Of a stretch of 61,861 nucleotides of DNA, positions 35,662-46,001 are shown piece after piece (position 1 is the first letter of the stretch; each line of letters starts with the position of its first letter). The notes under the pieces are model-generated. The model searched no databases. It saw nothing but the letters and a program-made list of their open reading frames with translations, and was not told the origin of the DNA. The DNA comes from Eubacteriales bacterium (GTDB lineage: Bacteria; Bacillota; Clostridia; Oscillospirales; CAG-272), in contig JAZOSN010000042.1 in the NCBI GenBank assembly GCA_045657105.1, forward strand, positions 1 to 61,861, written 5' to 3'. Position numbers and translations under genes: made by a program.

Positions 35662-38532
35662 ATGTTTACAAAGCTCCTTGCACGCGGACTTGCACTTTTG
35701 CTCGTCCTCGTTACGCTTCTCTCGCTTATGACCGCCTGTGTGCAAAACACCGGCGAAAGCACCGACACCGGCGAAGGTGACCGCACTCAGAACGACGGCA
35801 CAGACGGCACCGATACTCAGACGCCGCCTGCTCCCGAAGCACCGGTCGTCGAGGAAAACCCCGCTATCAAGATAACCGAGCTTATGGTCGTAAACACCGT
35901 CGGCGCAGAGGACTTGGGCGGCAAGACCTCGCCTTGGATCGAATTTTTCAACACGAGCGATGCCGAGGTCGATCTTTCACAGTATTCTATTCGCGTGGAC
36001 ACGAGCGCGGATACTCCCCTGCCTGCCATAAAGCTCGCTTCGGGTGAGTATGCTCTCGTTTTCGCAAACGGCGAAAGCACCGAAAGCTCGATTGCACTCA
36101 CGCTTGCCTCGAAGGGCGTCGTTACGCTCACACACGGCAAGGCGATATGCGAAAGCTTCCTTTACGTCAACAAAACCGCAAACCACTCGTTCGTAAGAGC
36201 AAACGGAAGTGAAACTCCCTTCCCTACGCCCGGATACGAAAACGTGCGCGAGAAGGACAATCTTATAATCAGTGAGCTTATGTCGACAAACTCGCTATTC
36301 CCGATAAACGGAGTGGACTGCGACTGGATCGAGCTCTACAACGGCTCGGACTACGCGATCGACCTGTCAGACTACTATGCCGCGACAGACTCGACAGAGC
36401 CCTACAAGGCAAGACTGCCCGAGACAATTCTTGAAAGCGGTCAGTACACCGTTCTCGCCTGTGAAAAGGATCTCCCCTTCAAGCTCTCAAAGGACGGCGA
36501 GAGCGTCTATATTACCCGTAACGACGGCGTTCTTGCCGCATCTGTCATCTACGAAGCGATGGAGAAAAACACCGCTTGGACATACGACAGAGGCATCGTT
36601 GACTACCCGTCGCCCGGATACGAAAACACCGAGAGCGGCTCGACTCTCGCCATAACCTCGCGCAAGGGACTCGTTATATCCGAGGTCGTTTCCTCGAACA
36701 CGAAATATTCGCCCTTCAACAAAAAATACTGCGATATGGTCGAGATATACAACGCGTCGAGCGAGCCGATCGACCTTTCAAAATATTTCCTCTCGGACAA
36801 AGACAGCACGCCTCTTCTCTACCGTCTGCCCGAGATCACGCTTGAAAGCGGTGCTTACTACGTTATCTACTGTGACACCGAAGTAAGCGGTGCGGCACCC
36901 ATCGGAATTTCGTCCGACGGAGAGAACATCTGGCTAAATCGTGAGGATGGATACGTTTCGGACGCGCTTGCCGTTCCCGACATTCCTGTAAACCGCGCTT
37001 GGGGACGCTACGGCGACAGACTCATCTATTTCGCAACTCCTACGCCCGGAAAGGCAAATCCCGACGGATATGAAACCATAACGACAACGCCGCTCGCAAG
37101 CTCGCCGAGCGGCATTTACACCGACACCCAGAGAGTAACTCTCTCGGGCGAGGGCACGATATATTACACCACCGACGGCACGAAGCCGTCTACCGCGTCG
37201 GCAAAATACAACGGAGAAACGATAGAGGTCAGTAAAACGATGGCGATCCGCGCGATAGCCTACTCGGGCGACAAGATCCCCTCGTACTCTGTGACCTACA
37301 ACTATTTCATCAAAATTCCCGAGTACACTCTGCCGGTCATCAAGATCTCGATGTCAGACGACGATCTTTTCGGATCAAACGGAATATACACCAGATACAA
37401 TTCCAAGATCGAAAGACAGGCGAACTGCGCCTTTTACGTTGACGGAAACGAGGAGTTCTCTATCGACTGCGGAATAAAGGTTTTCGGCGCGTACAGCCGA
37501 AGATTTCCGAAAAAGAGCTTTCAGCTCGAATTCCGTGCAAGCTACGGCAAGGGACGTCTTGAATATCAGGTCTTCGAAAATATGAGCCTTGACAGCTTCA
37601 ACAACATCGTTCTGAGAAGCGGCTCGCAAAACTGCTACGCTACCGACTCGATGATGGCGGACGAGTACGTCGCCTCGCTTGCCGCGTATAGCGGATATAT
37701 GTCCGAGGTGCTCGTTCAGGCGTACAGACCTTGTCACCTCTATCTCAACGGAGAATACTGGGGAATATATTTTATCCGCGAAAAGGTGGACGACGATTTT
37801 ATCGCAGACCATTTCGATGTACCCAAGGACAGTGTGACGATCATCGACTGGACGAACACACTGAACACGGGCAGTTCGAGTCAGGGTTGGAGCACGATCT
37901 GGAAGAACGTCTATACCAAAAAGCTAAATTTTGCAAACGACGACAACTACAAGTGGCTTGCCGATCAGATAGATCTCGAAAGCTTTTCGGATATGATAAT
38001 AATGAGAATGTGGGCGGGCGACAAGGATCTCCCGAACATCAGAGCGTTCAAATCTCCCTACTACGACGACGGAAAATGGCATTTTATCCTGCACGACAAC
38101 GATATGAGCCTGCGCGCAAACTGGACCAGATTCAACCTGTTTTTAAACGATAGCAGTACGAAAAAGACTCACGCGCTTTTCAGAGCTCTTATGGAAAACA
38201 AGCAGTACCGCATATATTTCCTCGACAGGCTTGCTTATCAACTGAGCACCACGCTTTCGGTGGAAAACGCTACGGCGCGCCTTGACGAGATGGTCGCCGA
38301 GCTCGAAAATGATATGCCCTATCAGATCGCGCGTTGGAAAAACGACAACAATTCTTATATGACTCACCTGCCGAATATGGCGAAATGGAGAGAAAATCTC
38401 GATTATCTCTATTACTGTGTGAGCGATCTCAAAATACAGAGATTCGTTCAGGACGCCGCAAATGCGCTATCTCTGAACAAAGAAGGGATCGCGAAATATA
38501 TGGGCGAGGAATTTGCGAAATATATGCCCTGA
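35662..38532 (+). CDS. CotH kinase-family lipoprotein with three lamin-tail domains and a chitobiase/FN3-like domain
   Basis: Lipobox MTAC; 3x I(T/S)E(L/V)..N..W/MIE.YN; IYYTTDG; KKSF, LRSG, LYLNGEYWGIYFIREK, W.FIL.D.D. Confidence 0.85.
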   Translation: MFTKLLARGLALLLVLVTLLSLMTACVQNTGESTDTGEGDRTQNDGTDGTDTQTPPAPEAPVVEENPAIKITELMVVNTVGAEDLGGKTSPWIEFFNTSDAEVDLSQYSIRVDTSADTPLPAIKLASGEYALVFANGESTESSIALTLASKGVVTLTHGKAICESFLYVNKTANHSFVRANGSETPFPTPGYENVREKDNLIISELMSTNSLFPINGVDCDWIELYNGSDYAIDLSDYYAATDSTEPYKARLPETILESGQYTVLACEKDLPFKLSKDGESVYITRNDGVLAASVIYEAMEKNTAWTYDRGIVDYPSPGYENTESGSTLAITSRKGLVISEVVSSNTKYSPFNKKYCDMVEIYNASSEPIDLSKYFLSDKDSTPLLYRLPEITLESGAYYVIYCDTEVSGAAPIGISSDGENIWLNREDGYVSDALAVPDIPVNRAWGRYGDRLIYFATPTPGKANPDGYETITTTPLASSPSGIYTDTQRVTLSGEGTIYYTTDGTKPSTASAKYNGETIEVSKTMAIRAIAYSGDKIPSYSVTYNYFIKIPEYTLPVIKISMSDDDLFGSNGIYTRYNSKIERQANCAFYVDGNEEFSIDCGIKVFGAYSRRFPKKSFQLEFRASYGKGRLEYQVFENMSLDSFNNIVLRSGSQNCYATDSMMADEYVASLAAYSGYMSEVLVQAYRPCHLYLNGEYWGIYFIREKVDDDFIADHFDVPKDSVTIIDWTNTLNTGSSSQGWSTIWKNVYTKKLNFANDDNYKWLADQIDLESFSDMIIMRMWAGDKDLPNIRAFKSPYYDDGKWHFILHDNDMSLRANWTRFNLFLNDSSTKKTHALFRALMENKQYRIYFLDRLAYQLSTTLSVENATARLDEMVAELENDMPYQIARWKNDNNSYMTHLPNMAKWRENLDYLYYCVSDLKIQRFVQDAANALSLNKEGIAKYMGEEFAKYMP

Positions 38533-38557
38533 CCTTTAAGAAAGGATCAAAACAGAT

Positions 38558-38770
38558 ATGCAAAGCTCAAAAAAGCCGCCTCAAAAGAAAAAGCGGCAGT
38601 CAAGCTGCGAAAGCTGTGAATTTTACGATTACGACGAGTTTTATGAGTCCTACTCTTGCCGAGTAAATCTCGATCAGGACGATCAGATCCGCTTTATTTC
38701 GGGAGATAGCGCGTCCTGTCCTTACTATCGCTATTACGACGAATACAAGAGCGTCCAAAAGCAAAATTAA
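38558..38770 (+). CDS. DUF6472-like small Cys-rich protein
   Basis: SCESCEFYDYDE..C.VNLDQD..CPYY..DEYKSVQKQN. Confidence 0.75.
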   Translation: MQSSKKPPQKKKRQSSCESCEFYDYDEFYESYSCRVNLDQDDQIRFISGDSASCPYYRYYDEYKSVQKQN

Positions 38771-38780
38771 GGAGAATTTT

Positions 38781-39572
38781 ATGATACAGTTTAACGTTTT
38801 TCCGGAAGGCAAGAAAAGAATAGTCACGTTCAGTTATGACGACGGTCATACAAACGACGCCCGCCTCGTTGGGCTTTTTAACAAGTACGGCGTGAAGGGC
38901 ACCTTTCATTTAAACGACAAAAGGGCGGACTTTGACAGACGCAAGGACACGCTTCGCGAGCTCTACCGCGGTCACGAGATCTCCTGTCACACCTCGACTC
39001 ACGGATTTCTTAACAACATGCCCGCGTCGAGCATTATAAACGAGGTCTTTGAAAACCGCCGCGCGCTCGAAGAAATCGCGCTATACCCTGTCGTTGGTAT
39101 GTCATATCCGTCGGGCGACTACTCAAAAGAGGTTGAAAACGCCCTCTCTGCCTGCGGTATAGTTTACAGCAGAACAACGGTGAATACCGAAAAATTCGAA
39201 TTTCCTAAAAACTTTCTCGAATGGCACCCCACCTGCCATCACAAAAACGCCGTTCCTCTTTGCGAAAAGTTTATGGCTGCTCTTGACTCCCCGTGGGAGC
39301 GACCGCTTCTCTATATTTGGGGACACGCTCACGAGCTGAGATGCGAAGAGGATTGGGAGCATATGGAGAAGATTCTTTCTCTCGTTTCGGGCTCGGGCAA
39401 GATCTGGTACGCTACGAATATAGAAATCTACCGCTACCGACAGGCGCAGAGGGCGCTCGTCGTATCGGCAGACGAAAAGATCCTTTACAACCCCTCGTCG
39501 CTCGACGTCTGGGTTGAAAAGGACAAGACCGACATTATCTGTATCCCCGCAGGAAAAACGGTAACTATCTAA
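38781..39572 (+). CDS. Polysaccharide deacetylase (NodB/CE4) family protein
   Basis: TFSYDDG, GHEISCHTSTH, YPSG, WGHAHE. Confidence 0.88.
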   Translation: MIQFNVFPEGKKRIVTFSYDDGHTNDARLVGLFNKYGVKGTFHLNDKRADFDRRKDTLRELYRGHEISCHTSTHGFLNNMPASSIINEVFENRRALEEIALYPVVGMSYPSGDYSKEVENALSACGIVYSRTTVNTEKFEFPKNFLEWHPTCHHKNAVPLCEKFMAALDSPWERPLLYIWGHAHELRCEEDWEHMEKILSLVSGSGKIWYATNIEIYRYRQAQRALVVSADEKILYNPSSLDVWVEKDKTDIICIPAGKTVTI

Positions 39573-39582
39573 TCACACAAAA

Positions 39583-39618
39583 CAAAAAAGCATAGAACCT
39601 TTCGTTCTATGCTTTTTT
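39583..39618. terminator. Bidirectional terminator
   Basis: AAAAAGCATAGAAC..GTTCTATGCTTTTT. Confidence 0.8.
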
Positions 39619-39649
39619 GATTTTAACAGAAATTAGTCAGCTTTTTCAA

Positions 39650-39892
39650 TTACTTAACAATTGCGAAAAACTTCAAGAAGCAAAGTACTATTCCTACGAT
39701 GCTGTAAATTTCCATAAGGCTACCGATGATACCAAATATCCAGCCTATAATGGGGAATTGCGCAAGGATGCCGATAAGGAATCCAACAAGCACGCAGATT
39801 ACAAGAAAAATAACAATCTGAATGATAAGCGATGCGATATCCTTTTCCTTTACGTTAAAAGGCGTAGGCCAAATTTTCTTCAAAAGATCCAT
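39650..39892 (-). CDS. Small 2-TM membrane protein
   Basis: AAAGGAGG RBS; two long hydrophobic segments. Confidence 0.75.
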   Translation of the reverse strand: MDLLKKIWPTPFNVKEKDIASLIIQIVIFLVICVLVGFLIGILAQFPIIGWIFGIIGSLMEIYSIVGIVLCFLKFFAIVK

Positions 39893-40038
39893 TTCAGAAT
39901 CCTCCTTTCGTGTTTTATATATTCATTATACACTCGCGGTCACTAAAAATCAATAGTTTATTGCAAAAAAATCCATTTTTCGTCATTGTTTAGTCCCGAA
40001 AATTCAAGGCTTCACAACATTATATTCGCGCACGTCGA

Positions 40039-42111
40039 TTATATTCCGCCGCTTGCCACCGATCTTGCCGCGTCAAACGCGCTATGCAGTATGTCAATAT
40101 CGTCGCAAAGATTTGCCATACGGAAGTTGGGCGCTCCGTGTTGACGAAGATCTCTGCCTGCCGATGCAAGGAAATCTCCGGGGCCTCGAAGGGCGAGGTC
40201 TGCCTCGGCTATACGGTAGCCGTCGTTTGTCGAGCAGAGCGAATCAAGACGCTTTTTAGACTGCTCGGCAGGGTTGTCGCTCACGAGTATACACCAGGAT
40301 TTATGCTTGCCGCGTCCGACTCGCCCTCTTAGCTGATGAAGCTGAGAAAGTCCGAAGCGCTCGGCGTTTTCGATAATCATAAGCGTAGCGTTCGGCACGT
40401 TAACTCCAACCTCTATAACCGTCGTCGATACGAGCACCGAGATATTTCCGGAAACGAACTCCGACATTATCTTATCCTTATCGGCGGACGGCATTTTTGA
40501 GTGCAGACAGGCAATTTTAATATCGGGAAATTCGTCCGCGAGAGCCTGAGCATACTCGGTCGCGTTTTTGAGCTTGCCTGCGCCCTCGTTTATCGGATTT
40601 CCGAAAAAGTCAACCAGAGCCGAGGTGTCGGTTTCGCTATCCTTCAAATCGCTCGTGCTAGCCTCGATAGACGGGCAGACGATATATACCTGACGTCCTT
40701 CGAGCGCCTGCTTATGAACAAATCCTTTCAGGCGCGCTCTGTACTGCTCGTCAACGAGGAAGGTCGAAACCTTCTGTCTGCCTGGCGGCAGAGTATCCAC
40801 CGCGCTATGATCGAGGTCGCCGTAGATCGACATCGCGAGCGTTCGCGGTATCGGCGTTGCGCTCATCGCGAGAACGTGCAGATCCTTTCCCTTTGCGGCA
40901 AGGCTTTCGCGTTGATTAACTCCAAAGCGGTGTTGCTCGTCTGTAACGGCAAGAGCAAGATCTGCAAACTCTACACCCTGCGAAAGAAGCGCGTGCGTTC
41001 CGATCACAACCCCCGCCTCGCCCGAGGCTATCTCGGCACAGGCGGCGCTTTTCTTTGTCTTTGTCATACTTCCGACGAGAAGCGTACATTTTATTCCAAG
41101 CCTTCCGAAAAGCTCGGAGAGATCGTTATAATGCTGGACTGCAAGTATTTCGGTAGGCGCCATAAACGCTCCCTGACGCGAGCTTTTGGCAGCAAGATAG
41201 AGTGCCGCCGCCGCGCAGATCGTCTTTCCGCTTCCGACGTCGCCCGAAACAAGGCGATGCATCGCCTTTCCCGAGCCCATATCCGAATATATATCGCGTA
41301 TTACCCTTGCCTGTGCATCGGTCAGAGTAAAGGGAAGCACGTTTAAAAATGCGCGTTTATCCGCGTCCGAAAGCGTGAGCACAGCTCCCGGGCGTCCCTC
41401 GCGCTTTTTCGCGTTCTTCATTATCGAGAGCGCAAACTCGAAGAGCTCCTCGAACACAAAATACCTTCTCGCCTTATCAAGCTGTGCGAGATTTTGCGGA
41501 TCGTGTATTATCTTTATCGCCTCAAAAAGGCTTATAAGCGAGTTTTCCTGTCTTATATTATCGGGAATGACCTCGTCGCCGACCTCAGCGCTCTGAATAG
41601 CAAGCGAGATAGTGTTTCGGACGATCTTTTGCGAAAGTCCGGCAGTCAAGGGATATATAGCGTAAAAATCGGGGAGCGCACGCGAAAGCGCGGTCGATTC
41701 AAAATCAGGTGAGGACATATTCCACGAGCTTTTGCTTCTCGTGACCTTTCCGTAAAAGCGGAAGGTTTCGCCCGTGTGGAAAAGCTGCTTTACGTATGGT
41801 TGATTGAAAAAGACGATCTGACATTTTCCGCTATCGTCAAATGCAGTGAATTTCGTAAGCGTCATTCCTCTTTTAACGCTCACCGACTTCGGCTCGCAGG
41901 AAACGGTGAGTATCATCGACGAGGTTTCGCCCGACATCGCCGCCTCGCAGAGAGTCTTGACGTCGCCTCTGTTCTGATAGGCCCTCGGAAAGAAGCGGAG
42001 CAGGTCACCGACCGTGAAAACTCCGAGCGTTGCAAAAAGCTGAGCGCGTTTTTCGCCGATCCCCGAAAGCGCCGTTATCGGAGAGGTCATAGTTATCTTT
42101 TTGTCTGCCAC
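40039..42111 (-). CDS. recG: ATP-dependent DNA helicase RecG
   Basis: GDVGSGKT, APTEILA, DEQHRFG, SATPIPR, QLRGRVGRG, RGPGD; GTG start after AAGGAG. Confidence 0.97.
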   Translation of the reverse strand: MADKKITMTSPITALSGIGEKRAQLFATLGVFTVGDLLRFFPRAYQNRGDVKTLCEAAMSGETSSMILTVSCEPKSVSVKRGMTLTKFTAFDDSGKCQIVFFNQPYVKQLFHTGETFRFYGKVTRSKSSWNMSSPDFESTALSRALPDFYAIYPLTAGLSQKIVRNTISLAIQSAEVGDEVIPDNIRQENSLISLFEAIKIIHDPQNLAQLDKARRYFVFEELFEFALSIMKNAKKREGRPGAVLTLSDADKRAFLNVLPFTLTDAQARVIRDIYSDMGSGKAMHRLVSGDVGSGKTICAAAALYLAAKSSRQGAFMAPTEILAVQHYNDLSELFGRLGIKCTLLVGSMTKTKKSAACAEIASGEAGVVIGTHALLSQGVEFADLALAVTDEQHRFGVNQRESLAAKGKDLHVLAMSATPIPRTLAMSIYGDLDHSAVDTLPPGRQKVSTFLVDEQYRARLKGFVHKQALEGRQVYIVCPSIEASTSDLKDSETDTSALVDFFGNPINEGAGKLKNATEYAQALADEFPDIKIACLHSKMPSADKDKIMSEFVSGNISVLVSTTVIEVGVNVPNATLMIIENAERFGLSQLHQLRGRVGRGKHKSWCILVSDNPAEQSKKRLDSLCSTNDGYRIAEADLALRGPGDFLASAGRDLRQHGAPNFRMANLCDDIDILHSAFDAARSVASGGI

Positions 42112-42199
42112 TCGGACGTCCTCCTTTAAAGAAATTTCTTAATAAAATGATACCATATAATACCCTCTTTGTCAAGACAAGCGATTTTTGCAAAAAACA

Positions 42200-42228
42200 T
42201 TGACAAAAGCTTCTCTTAGTGCTATAAT
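42200..42228 (+). promoter_or_regulatory. sigma-A promoter
   Basis: TTGACA-17bp-TATAAT with TG extension; predicted TSS near 42235. Confidence 0.85.
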
Positions 42229-42234
42229 GTTCCT

Positions 42235-42388
42235 GTCACACAATTCAATAATTTTGCACCCTTAGGGAAACTATATCTTTGTAAAAAGATGTTTCTCTCT
42301 TTTCTGTGTCCCTATGGGTGATAGAATTGTGTGACGACAATGAGAGATTCACTTTTTCGTGCGTCTCTTGTTGGAGACGCACTTTTTT
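42235..42388 (+). ncRNA. Unassigned structured 5' leader with terminator/antiterminator
   Basis: 12-bp P1 (42235-46/42324-35), inner 12-bp stem with 1 mismatch, GUAA-capped hairpin, terminator 42359-42388 and alternative helix 42338-52/42359-73. Confidence 0.7.
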
Positions 42389-42414
42389 ATTTTACATTCA
42401 AGGAGGAAACAGAA

Positions 42415-45400
42415 ATGACGAAAAAACTGATTTTGTTGTGCGTTGCTTTTGTGGCAGTGCTCTCGGCAGTTATATTGTCGGCAGTACTGACTATGTCGGC
42501 AGAGGAGGTGACGGAGTATAGTATTACATTTACAGACACCGAATACTCGGAGTACCTTTATCTTTATACCGGCCTCGAAAAAGACAAAGCCACCGAAGGG
42601 ACGGAAGTGTACGTATATTTTGATTGTTATGACGAAGAGTCCGAGTATTACAATTATGTACTTGCAGGAATACGTGTAAACGGCGGAGAGCTTATAAAAG
42701 CAGTTGGAGCCAACTACTATGCCAGCTTCACAATGCCTGCGGAGAACGTTGAGATTGAGGCTATACTTGAAAAGACGTATGGCATCACGTTTACGGGTAC
42801 AGAATATTTGAGCTTTTCTAGATCATATTTTTACGAGGACGAAGACGGAAATATAACAAATGTATCCATCAGTGGAGTAGACAGAGCCACTGAAGGGGCG
42901 GAAGTGACGGTATGGTTTGAATGTAATGACGAGGAATCTGAGCATTACAATCACGTACTTACAGGAATACGTGTAAACGGCGGAGAGCTTATAGAAGCAG
43001 TTGAAGACACCCACGGCCTTGCCTACTTCACGATGCCCGCAGAAGACGTTGAGATTGAGGCTATACTTGAAAAGGCGTATACCATAACGTTTACCGACAC
43101 AGAATACTCTGAATATATTCATACCCGTCACGGTATAGCCACCGAAGGGACGGAGGTGACGGTATGGTTTAATTGTGATGACGAAGAATCCGAGTATTAC
43201 AATTATGTACTTGCAGGAATACGTGTAAACGGCGGAGAGCTTATAAAAGCAGAGATGCACGACTATACCGACTTCGAAATGCCCGCAGAAGACGTTGAGA
43301 TTGAGGTTGTGCTTGAAAAGGCGTATGACATAACTTCGCCGGATTATCCTGATCTGCGGGTGTCCTACGAAAGCGCAAACGGTGGGTGGTATGTTTGTAG
43401 TTCCGCGCCCGAAGGCACAAAAATAAGAATCAGAACTCGCAGCTTGGAAATTCCCGAAGAACATCGCGTTGTCGGTGCATATATCAACGGGACGAAATAT
43501 TCCGTTGATGAGGAGGGATATATATACTTCACCATGCCTGACGAGGATGTTGAGATTGAATTTGTCGTCTCGCCAAAGAGATCTATTACGGTAGTCGGTG
43601 AAGGTTCGGAGCATATTAGGTTAAATGTACTTGATAACAGTGCTTTCGCAGGCACGCTTGTTAATGTTTATTATTATAAGTCTACATCTCGTCTAGAAGA
43701 GATAATAGTTGACGGCGAAACGATTCCCGCAAATGAAAACGGAGACGCCTACTTCACAATGCCCGATCACGACGTAGTGGTTACTCTGGTATCCGCTGAC
43801 AAATATCAAATTACTGTTAATCTTGATAATGCAAGCAGTGTAATTTTGGATAACCTCGATTATATAGGCATAGCATGTAATAACTTTGTTGTCGAAGTTC
43901 AAAACTCTGATACTGTTGCGGCAGGAAACACCGTGAATATAATCAGTCCTATATATAGAGTTGGATCAGACATTTTCGGTTTTTCCGCCCCTGTTATTTC
44001 CTACATTTATGTAAATGGCGAAAAAATCACTTCAAACAGTAATGTGTTCGAATTTACTATGCCGAATGAAGACGTTGAAATTGTTCTTGTCACCGAGCTT
44101 TACAAGCTGACAACAGCCAATGAAGACATTGAATTTCTAATCGAAATACATGAAGATTATTGGCAACCTACAATTTGCGCAAAAGAAGGTTCTATTATAG
44201 CCATTCTGTATAATGGTGATGAAGAGCTTGCCGGCGCATATGTAAACGGCGAAAAGATCAACGCAGACGAAAGCGGCAATATAGAATTTACCATGCCCGC
44301 AGAGGACGTTCAGGTTGAGCTTATATTTGCCTCCGTCTATGAGATCACCGTAGACGAGGATTTCGAATATGACTGCAACGTTTGGATAGATTTTTGGACC
44401 GATAACGGTTACAACTGCTTCGTTGCGGGACAAGAGGTCGAGTTGAGATACTTTAAGGAAGCCGGTTGGGTAGGCTTCACGGTAAACGGTGAAGAAATTG
44501 ACTTTACCGTGATCGAAGAAGACGACTATAATATAACGGTCATCTTCATTATGCCGGACAACAACGTTCTTATCGAAGGAATCTACGACGACACTCCGTA
44601 CACTATAACCGTTGATTCCGATTATGGCGTGTTCGTTCCTTCCTCAGCACTCGTAAATGAATATATATTTATTCAGGCAGAGCACGTTCCCGGATACACG
44701 CTGTCTATGACTCTTAACGGAATCGGTTACGACGAATTCACCGGTGGCGATCCGGACGGATTCCATATGCCTGCCGAAAATCTTTCGATAGTTATCACCT
44801 ACACCGCTAACGATACTAATCCCGAGGAGATCACCTTTGAGGCAGACATAGATGCTCTTCCGTCCGTGGGCTTCGGTTATGATTATACTCCCGACATCAA
44901 GCTTTCGGATAGTATTCTCGCCGCTATTCCCGAGGAAATGCGTGATGAAATAGAATTCATCTGGTTTGCATCAGACGAGGCGTTCCCCACACTTACATTT
45001 GATAATTACGAGGAATTCTTTACACTATATCAAATGGGATACGATCAAGCTCTTTCGACATTTGTTGATGGCTATAACTATGGAGCAGCATTTGCGATAG
45101 TCACCGACAAAAACTATGTTTTCGCATCTGACTTTGCAATAATCAACGGAGTAGAAGTCCCGATAACCGTTCTTCGTGTAGATATTGGAGTCGAGGAGAT
45201 CTATGGAACGGTAGTGTTCTTCGAGTTCGAACTCGCAGAGCTTGTCGAAAAGGACGTTTCGCTCGACCTCACGGTTAAAGACCTTCCTTCCGAAGGTGAT
45301 TCAGTTTACGACAGCGAAATAGATTTCGAGCTTCCTATCGATGCGGATTACGTTGTAGAAGATTTCCTGTGGCTTTACTCCTCTGACGGAGAGTTCCCCG

Positions 45401-45864
45401 AGATCAACAGCTTCGAGGATTTTAATTCTCTTGAAGACTTTATGGTAGAGTACGACGCAGTGTTTGTAAGCGAAGGAAAATACGCTATTCTACTTTTAGT
45501 TTCGGTTGATTACGGCACAAACATCACCGACGGAACGATCATCTTCAACGGTAAGATAATTACAGCAAGGGTAATTACTCAGGAAGAGCTTGAAGCTTCT
45601 ATGATGGCAAGCGGAAACCTCGTATACGTTCTCGTTGAGTTTGAGATTTCCGACGACGGCGCCATAGTTCCCGCAGAAATTCTCGGTGACGCGCCTGTCG
45701 GAGATGAGGACAATGACGGAGATCAGGAAAACATCGGAAACAATCCCGAAACCGGAGATGGAAATTACACATCACTGTTTGTATCTATTCTCACGGCTGT
45801 AATGGTTTTTGGTGTGTTTGTAATTGTTATGTCCGTAAAAAAATCAAAAAGAAATAGAACCTGA
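42415..45864 (+). CDS. Large acidic cell-wall-anchored protein with tandem InlB-B/Flg_new-like repeats
   Basis: Signal peptide; about 9 repeats ending F.MPxE(D/N)V; C-terminal NPETGD + TM + KKSKRNRT sortase-type signal; ATG after AAGGAGG. Confidence 0.85.
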   Translation: MTKKLILLCVAFVAVLSAVILSAVLTMSAEEVTEYSITFTDTEYSEYLYLYTGLEKDKATEGTEVYVYFDCYDEESEYYNYVLAGIRVNGGELIKAVGANYYASFTMPAENVEIEAILEKTYGITFTGTEYLSFSRSYFYEDEDGNITNVSISGVDRATEGAEVTVWFECNDEESEHYNHVLTGIRVNGGELIEAVEDTHGLAYFTMPAEDVEIEAILEKAYTITFTDTEYSEYIHTRHGIATEGTEVTVWFNCDDEESEYYNYVLAGIRVNGGELIKAEMHDYTDFEMPAEDVEIEVVLEKAYDITSPDYPDLRVSYESANGGWYVCSSAPEGTKIRIRTRSLEIPEEHRVVGAYINGTKYSVDEEGYIYFTMPDEDVEIEFVVSPKRSITVVGEGSEHIRLNVLDNSAFAGTLVNVYYYKSTSRLEEIIVDGETIPANENGDAYFTMPDHDVVVTLVSADKYQITVNLDNASSVILDNLDYIGIACNNFVVEVQNSDTVAAGNTVNIISPIYRVGSDIFGFSAPVISYIYVNGEKITSNSNVFEFTMPNEDVEIVLVTELYKLTTANEDIEFLIEIHEDYWQPTICAKEGSIIAILYNGDEELAGAYVNGEKINADESGNIEFTMPAEDVQVELIFASVYEITVDEDFEYDCNVWIDFWTDNGYNCFVAGQEVELRYFKEAGWVGFTVNGEEIDFTVIEEDDYNITVIFIMPDNNVLIEGIYDDTPYTITVDSDYGVFVPSSALVNEYIFIQAEHVPGYTLSMTLNGIGYDEFTGGDPDGFHMPAENLSIVITYTANDTNPEEITFEADIDALPSVGFGYDYTPDIKLSDSILAAIPEEMRDEIEFIWFASDEAFPTLTFDNYEEFFTLYQMGYDQALSTFVDGYNYGAAFAIVTDKNYVFASDFAIINGVEVPITVLRVDIGVEEIYGTVVFFEFELAELVEKDVSLDLTVKDLPSEGDSVYDSEIDFELPIDADYVVEDFLWLYSSDGEFPEINSFEDFNSLEDFMVEYDAVFVSEGKYAILLLVSVDYGTNITDGTIIFNGKIITARVITQEELEASMMASGNLVYVLVEFEISDDGAIVPAEILGDAPVGDEDNDGDQENIGNNPETGDGNYTSLFVSILTAVMVFGVFVIVMSVKKSKRNRT
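42588..43326 (+). repeat. Three recently duplicated intragenic repeat domains
   Basis: Near-identical DNA blocks (e.g. CAGGAATACGTGTAAACGGCGGAGAGCTTATA x3) alternating with divergent loops. Confidence 0.9.
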
Positions 45865-45883
45865 ATTTTGATTTAAACATTCG

Positions 45884-45920
45884 GCGGTTGCAGGCAGATA
45901 CCTGCAACCGCTGTTTTTTT
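45884..45920 (+). terminator. Intrinsic terminator
   Basis: GCGGTTGCAGG..CCTGCAACCGC followed by T run. Confidence 0.85.
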
Positions 45921-46001
45921 AATATATTTGTCAAGAACCCTTGAATAAGCGAAAAGTATTTGCTATAATAAAAAGGATAATGCATCTACGGAGGAAGCCC
46001 T

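Noticed and set aside
42588-43326. DGR template/variable repeats within the surface protein
   Set aside because: All copies are in-frame coding domains; differences include indels and are not confined to adenines
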